A DNA stretch of 64,000 nucleotides from Planctomycetales bacterium (GTDB lineage Bacteria; 4484-113). The DNA is taken from positions 224,001 through 288,000 of the forward strand of contig JBBIRS010000001.1 in NCBI GenBank assembly GCA_037441675.1, given 5' to 3'. The position numbers were made by a program, and so were the translations under genes. The notes under the pieces are model-generated. The model was not told the origin of the DNA and ran no database searches. It worked only from the letters and a program-made list of their open reading frames with translations. Shown in pieces: positions 55,523 to 64,000 of this stretch. Each line of letters starts with the position of its first letter. Position 1 is the first letter of the stretch.

Positions 55523-57688
55523 TCACTTTGGATTTATTCCGCCCTGTCCTGATGTTTTTTGTTTGGTTGCCTCTTTTGGTTGAATGTTGATGGGAATCAC
55601 TTTCATATTGTATATCACCCACTTCGTAGGGACACTGATCTTAAATTCTCTCTCTTCCTTCTCTTCCTCGCTTTTTTCATCGTTCTTCTTGTCTTGGTTA
55701 GGTTGAGGCGGTTCCATAGGCTTCATAATGCTTACCACAACCTCGTTATTTAGGGGCGTTGCAAGAGCCTTTTCAATTATCTTATCTAAGTCATGAAGCG
55801 TAGAATCAACATTTACAAATGCCCCAGAACCAAAAAGCATTTTCCCCTTTCCGCCAAACTCGTTAAGAAGCGAAACGAGTGAACCGCCTCCACGGATATA
55901 TAAATTTGTCATGCCAATGGGAAAATCCTCCGGAATAGTCACATAAATCTTTTCGAAGATTGGTTCCTGCCTAAAGGGTTGTAGTCTAACTTCAATTTCA
56001 AGTGTCTCACCCGGATAAACGGTTTTAGGAGGTTCAGCATAAGGATAGCCACCCATCTCGCCTTCCTGCGGTGGGGGAGGCTCTACCATTTGCTGTAAAG
56101 GAGCTTGCAATGGGCTTCCGATGCCTTCTATCTGGTCTTCTTCTTCCCCTTCTCCTTCTGATTCATTTTCTTTTTGTTCTTCGGGACTTTTTTCTTCCGT
56201 GCCCTCTTTGGCTTCCTCAACCTGCTCTCCCTGACCCTGTTCCGCTTCCTTCTTCTCTGCTTCCTTTGCCTTATCCTTTTCAGTTACGATCTTTGCGTCG
56301 TCAATGCTTGCGTTAACCCTATTGCGGGTAAAGTCTATCTTGATGTTGAACTCAGTTATCTTCACCTCGCGGTAGATGTTATTCGTAAGAAGCGATGCAA
56401 AGGGTAGAGCCTCATCCCATAGTATGTTCACAGGTGAAATCTCATCATAAAAGTAATTAGTTCTTTTAACTGGTTCTTTCAAGCCGATACCATTAATGTA
56501 AAACTCTAGCCGAGTAGTTCCGCCTTTAGCCATATCAACGACTCGAGTAAAAGCCTCGCTTACCACAAACCCAATCAAGATATCCGAGAGGAATGGTTCT
56601 CGGACAACCTCAGCGTTAAACTCCCTTGACCGTCTTAGGTCTATGTCATTTACCACAACCTTGATAGGCAGAAGGTCTGCTTTCTCGCCAATAAGTCCAC
56701 CAACCGCGCTCAATCTATCGCTGGTTATTGCGCCTACTGAGTTTAACCTAAAACCGTCCTTGTAGGCTCGCTCTACGCTTTTGTTTGTGTAGGCTATGTA
56801 AGCTTTTCCCATGGAAAGAGAAGTATCACCGGATAGAAGAAAAGGATGCCCGAAGGCTAATACCTGTCCCATCTCATCAACATAGGTAACAGTTCCCACT
56901 GCGGATAGCTCAATATCACCATGCACCAATGAGACCGCAAGGGCATCACCGGGTTTAAGCGGAGTGTCTTTAGCTGGGTCATAGAGCAAGCCCTTGCCCT
57001 GAAATGAACCACCAGGTGCTCCCCCTACAACTTCAACAAACGGGTTATCCTTAAGTGCTTCTCGCAATAGTTCAATGGACTTTTGATTCGCGGAACGAAC
57101 GATTAGCGGTGCTGCCAGTGGTTTCAACTGAAGAGAGGTGTTATTTTTGTTGAACTGTTGTGATAAATCTTGAGGTGATTCACTCGGCGGTAGTGGGTTT
57201 TCGTCATTTGAGCTTCCCGGTAAGAGTAGAAACCCCGACTTCCTTTTAGTTTTTGGTTCAGGAATAACGGTATTTCCAGAGTAGTCAACCTTGCCCCGCC
57301 TGGGCAGAGCTGAAAGCATACTTGTAATTGGTGTTATTCCGCCAATATGAGTATCGCTAAATGGCACAGCGGTGGATACTGCCCCTAGAAGTTTCCCATC
57401 TATATACACGGGACTGCCGGAGTAACCCGCTGCAATACCATTACTCATTTCCACAACTGGTCCACTAAATCGCGCTAGGATGAGTGGCCCGCCATCAAAT
57501 CCAGCATTTGGCAAAACGTCAATAATTTCCACGTCAAAAGTTTCAACTTTAACTCCCCGTATCACCGTTTTGCCAATGCCTTTCTGCCCAACTTTAAGTT
57601 GTTCTAAGGGATAGAAATCTACCCCTGCTAACGCTTCAATGCTGAAAAGATTTATTAGTAATAGTAGTAATAGACCAACTTTTCTCAT
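55523..57688 (-). CDS. Exported SpoIVB-like peptidase S55 domain protein
   Basis: Signal peptide; GIGKTVIRG, GIAAGYSGSPVYIDGKLLGAVS, LAFGHPF; acidic E/K/P linker. Confidence 0.9.
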   Translation of the reverse strand: MRKVGLLLLLLINLFSIEALAGVDFYPLEQLKVGQKGIGKTVIRGVKVETFDVEIIDVLPNAGFDGGPLILARFSGPVVEMSNGIAAGYSGSPVYIDGKLLGAVSTAVPFSDTHIGGITPITSMLSALPRRGKVDYSGNTVIPEPKTKRKSGFLLLPGSSNDENPLPPSESPQDLSQQFNKNNTSLQLKPLAAPLIVRSANQKSIELLREALKDNPFVEVVGGAPGGSFQGKGLLYDPAKDTPLKPGDALAVSLVHGDIELSAVGTVTYVDEMGQVLAFGHPFLLSGDTSLSMGKAYIAYTNKSVERAYKDGFRLNSVGAITSDRLSAVGGLIGEKADLLPIKVVVNDIDLRRSREFNAEVVREPFLSDILIGFVVSEAFTRVVDMAKGGTTRLEFYINGIGLKEPVKRTNYFYDEISPVNILWDEALPFASLLTNNIYREVKITEFNIKIDFTRNRVNASIDDAKIVTEKDKAKEAEKKEAEQGQGEQVEEAKEGTEEKSPEEQKENESEGEGEEEDQIEGIGSPLQAPLQQMVEPPPPQEGEMGGYPYAEPPKTVYPGETLEIEVRLQPFRQEPIFEKIYVTIPEDFPIGMTNLYIRGGGSLVSLLNEFGGKGKMLFGSGAFVNVDSTLHDLDKIIEKALATPLNNEVVVSIMKPMEPPQPNQDKKNDEKSEEEKEEREFKISVPTKWVIYNMKVIPINIQPKEATKQKTSGQGGINPK

Positions 57689-57804
57689 AGCTTTATCCTT
57701 AAAAGAGTTTTCAAGATAATGTTAGTTTACAAGAGTGCTTTCGTCAACAAGTAAAAGCTTAATGAAATTTATTAAAAGTTATTTACGTGCCTGCTTAAAT
57801 GTAT

Positions 57805-57845
57805 GAAAAGAAAACAGCCCCCCGGTAGAGACCGAGGGGCTGTTT
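57805..57845 (-). terminator. Intrinsic terminator of the pilin gene
   Basis: Minus strand AAACAGCCCCTCGGT-CTCT-ACCGGGGGGCTGTTT followed by TCTTTTC, 30 nt after the stop. Confidence 0.88.
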
Positions 57846-57874
57846 GGAGCAATCTCCCATAAAGGGGTTTAAGG

Positions 57875-58897
57875 CTACTCGCGTCCGCCCTTGGTGTCCT
57901 CACCTGGAACAAGAACTAGCACGATTCCATCGCGAACGCCGTTCGGATTGCCGTAAGCGAGCTGATCAACAGACTCGCCGGGCCTTGCAGAGCTATAGGG
58001 AGAACCCAGATACCTATTGGTTGCCTGGTCCCTATCCTCTCTGGTTGAACGCGTCCATGACGGAATTTCAAAACGTGCACCAGTCTGTCCACCAGCGCCT
58101 CCGCGTGAAGTCTGGAACTGGATAGTAGGCTCAGGTCCTAGAATGTCCTTGCCCTTTGTGCGGATTGCGCCATATCCACCGAGCATGTACTGGTCAATTG
58201 AAGTTGGGATAACTGGCTCGTCCGCCCTAAAGGTAGACTCTCTAGCGACCATAACTGGCCCTGCCGACTTGTAGAAAAACTCGCCTGGGAGGAATGGATT
58301 AGGCTTGTTAGCTCTCCACATGTCCCAGAACTTGTACTCTTGATCGGCATAGGAATTAAACGTGATTTGCCGGCCAGTTGAACGATCGGTAACGACGTAA
58401 TTGATGAACCTTAAATCCGCCAAGACGTTACCCATCAAGACGCAGTAAGGACCAAATCTTGTTCCCTGAATGGAGGAACGGTCAGTGGTCCCGTTGCGAA
58501 GGGGGTCATTAACCTCTTCCTGAAACCTGTGTATTGCATAACCATTGGTTGCAAATGGGTTCTTTGGATAGGAGTCAATGTAACCCTTTCTCAATAGCGG
58601 ATCAGAGAGGTTCTGCCGATCATCAACATCTCTAATGTTAATGAAAGGATTTGCGGAAACACCTTGAATCTGAGAGTATTTTCCCTGTCCACCAATTAGG
58701 TAATCAGGATAAAACCCGCCGGTATCAACCGCAAATCTCTCCACAGAGAGTTGAATGTTGTGCAGGTTACTCTTAACCTCCGCTTCCTTCGCTTTGTCCT
58801 TTACCTTGATGTAGTTCGGTAGGGCTATGGCTGCGAGGATACCAATAATTACTATGACTACGAGTAGCTCAATTAGGGTGAAACCCTTTCGACTCAT
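57875..58897 (-). CDS. Large GspG-like pilin, probable major subunit
   Basis: MSRKG/FTLIELLVVIVIIGILAAIALP; KAKEAEVKSNLHNIQLSVERFAVDTGGFYP; GYIDSYPKNPF; AGGAGGTG RBS, own promoter and terminator. Confidence 0.9.
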   Translation of the reverse strand: MSRKGFTLIELLVVIVIIGILAAIALPNYIKVKDKAKEAEVKSNLHNIQLSVERFAVDTGGFYPDYLIGGQGKYSQIQGVSANPFINIRDVDDRQNLSDPLLRKGYIDSYPKNPFATNGYAIHRFQEEVNDPLRNGTTDRSSIQGTRFGPYCVLMGNVLADLRFINYVVTDRSTGRQITFNSYADQEYKFWDMWRANKPNPFLPGEFFYKSAGPVMVARESTFRADEPVIPTSIDQYMLGGYGAIRTKGKDILGPEPTIQFQTSRGGAGGQTGARFEIPSWTRSTREDRDQATNRYLGSPYSSARPGESVDQLAYGNPNGVRDGIVLVLVPGEDTKGGRE

Positions 58898-58977
58898 CAA
58901 ATGTTCACCTCCTACAAAATCTTACAATCATTCTGGACGCAAAATACCCTTTTGGGAGGCTACTCCCCGTCACAAAT

Positions 58978-59006
58978 AATGTAACACAGCTTTAGCATTT
59001 CGTCAA
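58978..59006 (-). promoter_or_regulatory. Sigma70-type promoter of the major pilin candidate
   Basis: Minus strand TTGACG - 17 nt - TACATT with TG extension. Confidence 0.65.
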
Positions 59007-59142
59007 TGTGGATTCGGAAAAAATCGCAAAGAAAATTAGTTCTGAAATAACTTGAGCTTTTCAACAATTGAGCGTTCCACTCTAAAAGAGCGCGCGAAAA
59101 ATCTCAACGTTTCAACTATGTGGCAGTTTAATTGTAAAAATC

Positions 59143-60360
59143 TTATCTAATCACATCTACCAGCTTGAAGATTGGAAGGTACAGTGAGATAACAATGGTT
59201 CCCACAACCGCGCCAATAATCATAATCATCACAGGCTCAATAATGCTGGCTAGTCCTCTAATTGTGGCGTCAATCTCTTGGTCGTAATAATCGGAAATCT
59301 TATAGAGTATGTCTTCAAGGTTACCAGCCTCTTCGCCAACCGCAATCAAGTTCGTCACAATCGGCGGGAAAACACCTGTTCGTTTCATTGGCGCGTGAAT
59401 GGACTCTCCTTCCCTAATTCTTTCCCTAATGTACATTATTGCTCTTTGCACGACGTTGTTGCTCGCAGTGTTTTTTGCCACCTCTAAAGCCTCTAGGATT
59501 GGCACGCCTGATTGTGTCAGTGTCCCAAACGTCCTCGTGAACCTTGTAATTGCTACTTTTCTTGCCAGAGGACCGAAAATTGGTATTCTAAGGATTATGG
59601 GGTCAAAGATAATGTGTCCCCACTTGGAATGTCGAAAACGATAGAAAAGCACTAGGAAAACCGGAATTGTTAGCAGGTAGTACCAGTTGTTCACGAGCCA
59701 GTCGCTAAGCGCCAACATTCTTCTCGTAAGCTCCGGTAGTTGCGTTTCACCCTCTGAAAGTTCCTCATAAAAGGCTGCAAACTGTGGCACTATGTATAAA
59801 AGCATAAATAATGAAATCGCGGTCGCAAATGTCAAGACCACGATTGGGTAAACCATGGCGCTCTTAACTTTATGCCTCAGCTCTAGCTCTTTTTCATAAA
59901 AGACCGCAACCCTTTCGAGAATCTTGTCCAATGCACCACCAATTTCACCTGCCTGAACCATTGATACGAAAAATGCTGAAAAGGCGCGAGGATGTTTTTT
60001 CATTGCTTGATGCAAGGTTTCTCCGCCCTGGATGTCCATTTTGATTTTGTGAAGTATGGAGCGAAAACTTGAGTTTTGCGTTTGTTCCTCAATTGTATCA
60101 ATTGCCTCCGCAAGTGTTAATCCAGCATTTAGAAGTAGCGCAAACTGTCTGGAGAAAAGCGTGAGCTCTTTAAGTCCAATTCGGAATAACTTTTCAATTA
60201 TTATCAGAGGATTAAATGGTCTTCTCTTTTCAACGATGCGGACTACAAAGAAACCCTCGTTTCTTAGGGCTTCCATCACCGCACGTGGATTATCCGCCTC
60301 AACCGAGCTCTGTATAACTTTGCCCGCAGAATCTCTTGCAGTGTATACAAAAGTTCTCAT
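59143..60360 (-). CDS. pilC: Type IV pilus platform protein (PilC/GspF)
   Basis: FSRQFALLLNAG, MVQAGEIGGALD, KVKSAMVYP, VGEEAGNL, IIEPVMI, LYLPIF. Confidence 0.95.
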   Translation of the reverse strand: MRTFVYTARDSAGKVIQSSVEADNPRAVMEALRNEGFFVVRIVEKRRPFNPLIIIEKLFRIGLKELTLFSRQFALLLNAGLTLAEAIDTIEEQTQNSSFRSILHKIKMDIQGGETLHQAMKKHPRAFSAFFVSMVQAGEIGGALDKILERVAVFYEKELELRHKVKSAMVYPIVVLTFATAISLFMLLYIVPQFAAFYEELSEGETQLPELTRRMLALSDWLVNNWYYLLTIPVFLVLFYRFRHSKWGHIIFDPIILRIPIFGPLARKVAITRFTRTFGTLTQSGVPILEALEVAKNTASNNVVQRAIMYIRERIREGESIHAPMKRTGVFPPIVTNLIAVGEEAGNLEDILYKISDYYDQEIDATIRGLASIIEPVMIMIIGAVVGTIVISLYLPIFKLVDVIR

Positions 60361-60661
60361 CTACTTTAGATAACCTCCGAAAAAGTTTTACATTCTATTA
60401 TACCTCAAAAGCGCCCTGCCTAAATTCTAAAACTTCAAAAATCTCGTAAGTACCAAACTCAAGTATCCCACACACCGCCAAACTTCCAAATATAAAGCTA
60501 TCCATTCACGCGCATATCCAGAATAGCCGATGCGTCTCAGCGCTAGCGAAAAAACTGAAAGAGAAGGGTCGCACTATCCTGCCCGCAGGTGGAAAGCCCC
60601 CCAACGGTTAAGAATTTTGAAAACTATCTGGCAAAGCTTGACTAGAATTACGACCATCCTA

Positions 60662-61357
60662 TCAATTTGAAACCCAATCACTCCGCTCACCGCCTGCGCC
60701 ACTCCTCATTTGAGCATTCTTCAGCTCCTCCTCATACTTTAGCTTATCGCCCTTTTGATACTCGCAGATGCCTTGGCGGATTACCCACTCATTCAGAAGC
60801 GTAGCCGTGTCTGCGCCAATCTCTCTTTCCTTAAACTTCTGCGTCTTGCCCTCTCTGTTAAGCCCCGTAACCCATACCCATGCCAGGAGCCTTCCATAGT
60901 TATCCATTGGCGGTTGCCCGCTTTCAAACTCAAGTTCAATCGCCTTGCCCTGTAGGAATTCTTCAATCTTATCCCTACCTGCTCGCGCCATTGGGTCAAC
61001 ATTCTCTAGCCAAACGCTCTCAACCCTACCGTTCTGCGTCTTTGTCTCTTTCCTCCAAATTTCAGGACCATCAACTCCGAGAAGTTGAACTCGCAAAATC
61101 TCGACACCGGTAAACTTTACTTCCAAAGTGTCCGCATCTATAACACGTACAAGCCTCGCAGGTATTTTAGAATTCGTCGCTAGCTCTTTAAGAAGTCCTT
61201 TACTAGGGATATTTATAGCCTGAGTTCTAATACTTCTCGTAAGACTTCCAAGGCGGTAAAGGAAAAATGGGGATAGGATTATCAAAGCCAGACAAATACT
61301 AAGGATAATACTTAAGTTTCTTCGCTTAGAAGTTCTACCTTTAGGTAGAGAATTCAT
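60662..61357 (-). CDS. Membrane-anchored thermonuclease (SNase)-family protein
   Basis: N-terminal TM; VRVIDADT, QLLGVDGPE, DNYGRLLAWV, LNEWVIRQG. Confidence 0.85.
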   Translation of the reverse strand: MNSLPKGRTSKRRNLSIILSICLALIILSPFFLYRLGSLTRSIRTQAINIPSKGLLKELATNSKIPARLVRVIDADTLEVKFTGVEILRVQLLGVDGPEIWRKETKTQNGRVESVWLENVDPMARAGRDKIEEFLQGKAIELEFESGQPPMDNYGRLLAWVWVTGLNREGKTQKFKEREIGADTATLLNEWVIRQGICEYQKGDKLKYEEELKNAQMRSGAGGERSDWVSN

Positions 61358-61406
61358 TCCTGATTAAAATGCGAGTAGCATTTCACCAAAGCCAAAGATA
61401 ATTTGC

Positions 61407-62453
61407 CTAATCTTCCAAAGGTTCATCCGATTCATCTAGTCCCTCAACTTCGCAGGGTTCAGAAATAGTGTCCGCATCTCCTTTATGTGGCTGTTCAGCT
61501 TCAGACTTTACTTGACTTTCGGGTGCTTGTGATTCTATTTCCTCTTTCACCGGTTCAACTGGAGGAGGAGTTTTACGCACTACGATTTTAGTCTGCCCAA
61601 TTCTGATTTCATCCCCGTCATTGATCTGAATCCATTCATTGGGTGCGATTTTTCTGTCGTTGATGAAGGCTCCGTTGGTTGATGCTAGATCTTGAACCTT
61701 TAAGTACTCTAGATCAACATCAAGAAGCAGATGTTCACCGCTCACGTATCGGTCATCAGGAAAAGAAATGTCATTCCTCTCAGGCTTGCGACCAATACGG
61801 ATTTTGCCAAATGGAACCGCACGCCTCTCTTCGCCAATCAGTAACTCCCACGTGCTTGTTATTTCAATGAGATTTTGTGAGGATGGCTCTTCCTCTGATT
61901 TCTCAGGGATACTAGTTTTCTCTAGCTCATCTTCATCCGATGAGGAAGCAACATCAATGCTCGCGGAAACACCAGCCGAAGATATAAATGTAACTTCCCC
62001 ATCAAGCTCGCCAAATTTTAACTTAGAGCTTTCAGGAATTTCCTTTTCTTCATTAGGTGAAAGTCTGACACCATCCAAGAAAGTTCCATTGGTGGAACCT
62101 AAATCAACTAAGTAAGCCTTACCATGCTCAATCTTGATCTTTGAATGCCTTCTAGAAAGATAGGGATTGGCAATTACAATATCTCCCTCATTTCTGCCGA
62201 TTACATATTCACCCTCGGAAAGCTCATACACTTCTTCACCGATTTTGAGTTTCAAGATAGGTTCTTTCTTTTCAGTACGCCCTATTGCTTTCGCCCATGA
62301 ACCCCTTTCATATCCGCATGTCGGGCAGTACTTTTCACTTTCCAAAATAGCCTGACCACAGTTAGGGCAGTTCCGCTCCAATTTCTCTTGCGGAACTTCT
62401 ATCTGCTCCAATGGTTCTGTCCCCATTATTTTTGTTTTCTCCTCCAAGTTCAC
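61407..62453 (-). CDS. Zinc-ribbon + tandem FHA domain protein
   Basis: CPNC...CPTC; two FHA signatures (IGR...SRRH...DLGSTNGT; IGR...SGEH...DLASTNGA). Confidence 0.9.
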   Translation of the reverse strand: MNLEEKTKIMGTEPLEQIEVPQEKLERNCPNCGQAILESEKYCPTCGYERGSWAKAIGRTEKKEPILKLKIGEEVYELSEGEYVIGRNEGDIVIANPYLSRRHSKIKIEHGKAYLVDLGSTNGTFLDGVRLSPNEEKEIPESSKLKFGELDGEVTFISSAGVSASIDVASSSDEDELEKTSIPEKSEEEPSSQNLIEITSTWELLIGEERRAVPFGKIRIGRKPERNDISFPDDRYVSGEHLLLDVDLEYLKVQDLASTNGAFINDRKIAPNEWIQINDGDEIRIGQTKIVVRKTPPPVEPVKEEIESQAPESQVKSEAEQPHKGDADTISEPCEVEGLDESDEPLED

Positions 62454-62503
62454 TTCTCCCTGGCTTTTGAACTAGTTACCATTATTGTATCAGTAAACCC
62501 AAT

Positions 62504-63127
62504 TTAGTTCATAGATTCTCTCTTACGCTTCTTTCTAACTATCAGATATATGATGACGCCCAAAATAGCAAGTATAACGAGAATGTCGATCAATTCAGTA
62601 TAGCGTTTAATCTCGCGCCAATTTTCGCCCAGAATCAATCCCGCGTAGGTTAAAAGGTATGCCCATGGAATTGAGCCAACAAATGTGAGAATGCAAAAGC
62701 TAGGGAAGTTCATCTTGGCTAACCCTGCGGGCAGAGAAATGTAAGTCCTAACTATCGGCATCATCCTGGTAAAGAAAACAGTTGCCCCTCCCCATTTTTC
62801 AAAGAATTTCTCCGCGATTCTTAATTCGTGCTCTCGCAAGAAGATGTACTTTTTGTATCGAAGGACGAAGGATCTTCCGCCAAAGTATCCGACCACATAA
62901 GCGACTATACTTCCGAGGAGGTTACCGAAAGCGCCGGCAAATGCAACAGCGTGCAGGTTCAGTTTGCCAGTAGAGACCAGAAAGCCTGAGAAAGGCATAA
63001 TAATCTCAGAGGGCAACGGAATGCAGGCGCTTTCAATCGCCATTAGGATGATGATGCCGGGATAGCCAGTTGTGCCAATTATGTTCGATACGAACTGCAC
63101 GAGGGAGTCAATGATATTTGCAATCAT
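62504..63127 (-). CDS. DedA family membrane protein
   Basis: LMAIESACIPLPSEIIMPFSG, FFTRMMPIVRTYISLPAG. Confidence 0.93.
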   Translation of the reverse strand: MIANIIDSLVQFVSNIIGTTGYPGIIILMAIESACIPLPSEIIMPFSGFLVSTGKLNLHAVAFAGAFGNLLGSIVAYVVGYFGGRSFVLRYKKYIFLREHELRIAEKFFEKWGGATVFFTRMMPIVRTYISLPAGLAKMNFPSFCILTFVGSIPWAYLLTYAGLILGENWREIKRYTELIDILVILAILGVIIYLIVRKKRKRESMN

Positions 63128-63369
63128 TCAGGGTGAGGATTGTAGCAGAAGGCAAAGCAACAATCCACCGGTTAGCTTTGGTCTTGAAAGGCTCGGGGGG
63201 AGAGCTTGCCCCGCCGTCATTTCGGCGCGATACGAGTTCGCGCCCTAAAGTAGCTTTATTTGGATCACACCCGTCTCGCCCGTGTCCTTTCCCACACGCC
63301 GGAGGCAAGCCAACAGCCGACAAGCACCCCGTTATTGCCTCTTCACTCAAAGACGCCCCTTAGAGTCTG

Positions 63370-63999
63370 TCACTCTAATGGCTCTCCACTCTCTTGGCTC
63401 TCCGCTCCCTCATCATCCTCGCCCGTCTTGCTATCTCCATTCTCATCTCTCTCTTCTTCTCCATCTTTCCCATCTTCGCCACTTCCGCCCACCTCAACCG
63501 CCTCTCCCCCATCTTCAGTCCCCCCTTCCCCAGCGGCTTCTCCCCCTTCCACTTCGCCGTTCTCCTTCTTCCCCTCTTCATCTACCTTACTGCCATTAGA
63601 CTTTTTAGCTTCTTCAGCTTTCTCCGCATCTGTCTGTTCTTCAACAGGCTTCTCCTCTTCAAGCTTTTCCTCTTCTTCACCTTCCTCAGGCGGGCTCAAT
63701 TCTTCTATCTTGTATGTTCCTTTTGCGATCTGTTCTGCGAGTTCGTCATCAGGATTGTAAGGATAATCTAAAGCGTTCTCCTTCTTGATATGTCCAAGGC
63801 TCACATCAAGATGAGTAGCTGGACTTGTCATAGGCTCCACTCTATTGCTTTCCAAATCGTGCTTCCAACGATAGATAAGCCTACTCTTGCCATCTGGTGT
63901 AACCACTGTCCAAAGAAAGTACTTTACGCCCTCCTTTATATAAGGCTCGCTTTCCATTACTTCAAAATGGTCATTCTTAAGTTTCTCAAAGAATCGAGC
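63370..63999 (-). CDS. Hypothetical protein with acidic G/E/D-rich tail (5'-truncated by window end)
   Basis: Frame is open upstream of ATG 63957 to the window edge (..ARFFEKLKNDHFEVMESEPY..); low-complexity acidic C-terminus. Confidence 0.75.
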   Translation of the reverse strand, partial: ARFFEKLKNDHFEVMESEPYIKEGVKYFLWTVVTPDGKSRLIYRWKHDLESNRVEPMTSPATHLDVSLGHIKKENALDYPYNPDDELAEQIAKGTYKIEELSPPEEGEEEEKLEEEKPVEEQTDAEKAEEAKKSNGSKVDEEGKKENGEVEGGEAAGEGGTEDGGEAVEVGGSGEDGKDGEEERDENGDSKTGEDDEGAESQESGEPLE

Positions 64000-64000
64000 A

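Noticed and set aside
58930..58975. c-di-GMP-I riboswitch (GGACGCAAA on plus strand)
   Set aside because: Wrong strand for the pilin gene and no GNRA-capped stem or receptor
63108..63771. Several overlapping Ser/Pro/Phe-rich ORFs
   Set aside because: Shadows of the acidic low-complexity gene and the GC-rich intergenic region

Overview
Gene-dense chromosomal window from a diderm bacterium (secretin, outer-membrane beta-barrel, lipoproteins); I cannot assign the lineage from sequence alone. No mobile element, CRISPR array or rRNA is seen. The dominant feature is a ~24-kb type IV filament locus (2.1-25.9 kb). It encodes six oversized prepilin-type proteins (313-577 aa), a 2849-aa GspK/PilX-like tip subunit with ~1900 aa of PKD/Ig/IPT-like sequence inserted inside the GspK core, a secretin with a (GGGF)n insert, a PilM-PilN fusion and PilO/PilP-like genes. 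pilC and a separately transcribed 340-aa probable major pilin lie at 57.9-60.4 kb. Other highlights: a UGA-recoded selenoprotein (UxxC TlpA-like, with SECIS hairpin) next to its Cys paralogue; an acetyl-CoA-synthase (AcsB/CdhC) homologue that keeps the [4Fe-4S] Cys spacing but has lost the Ni-binding CGC motif, co-transcribed with argS; an OM barrel / FecR-cohesin / CHASE2 adenylate cyclase module; an orphan nuoN. Housekeeping genes include coaD, archaeal-type valS, argS and two tRNA-Arg genes. All family assignments are from motif recognition by eye, not database searches.
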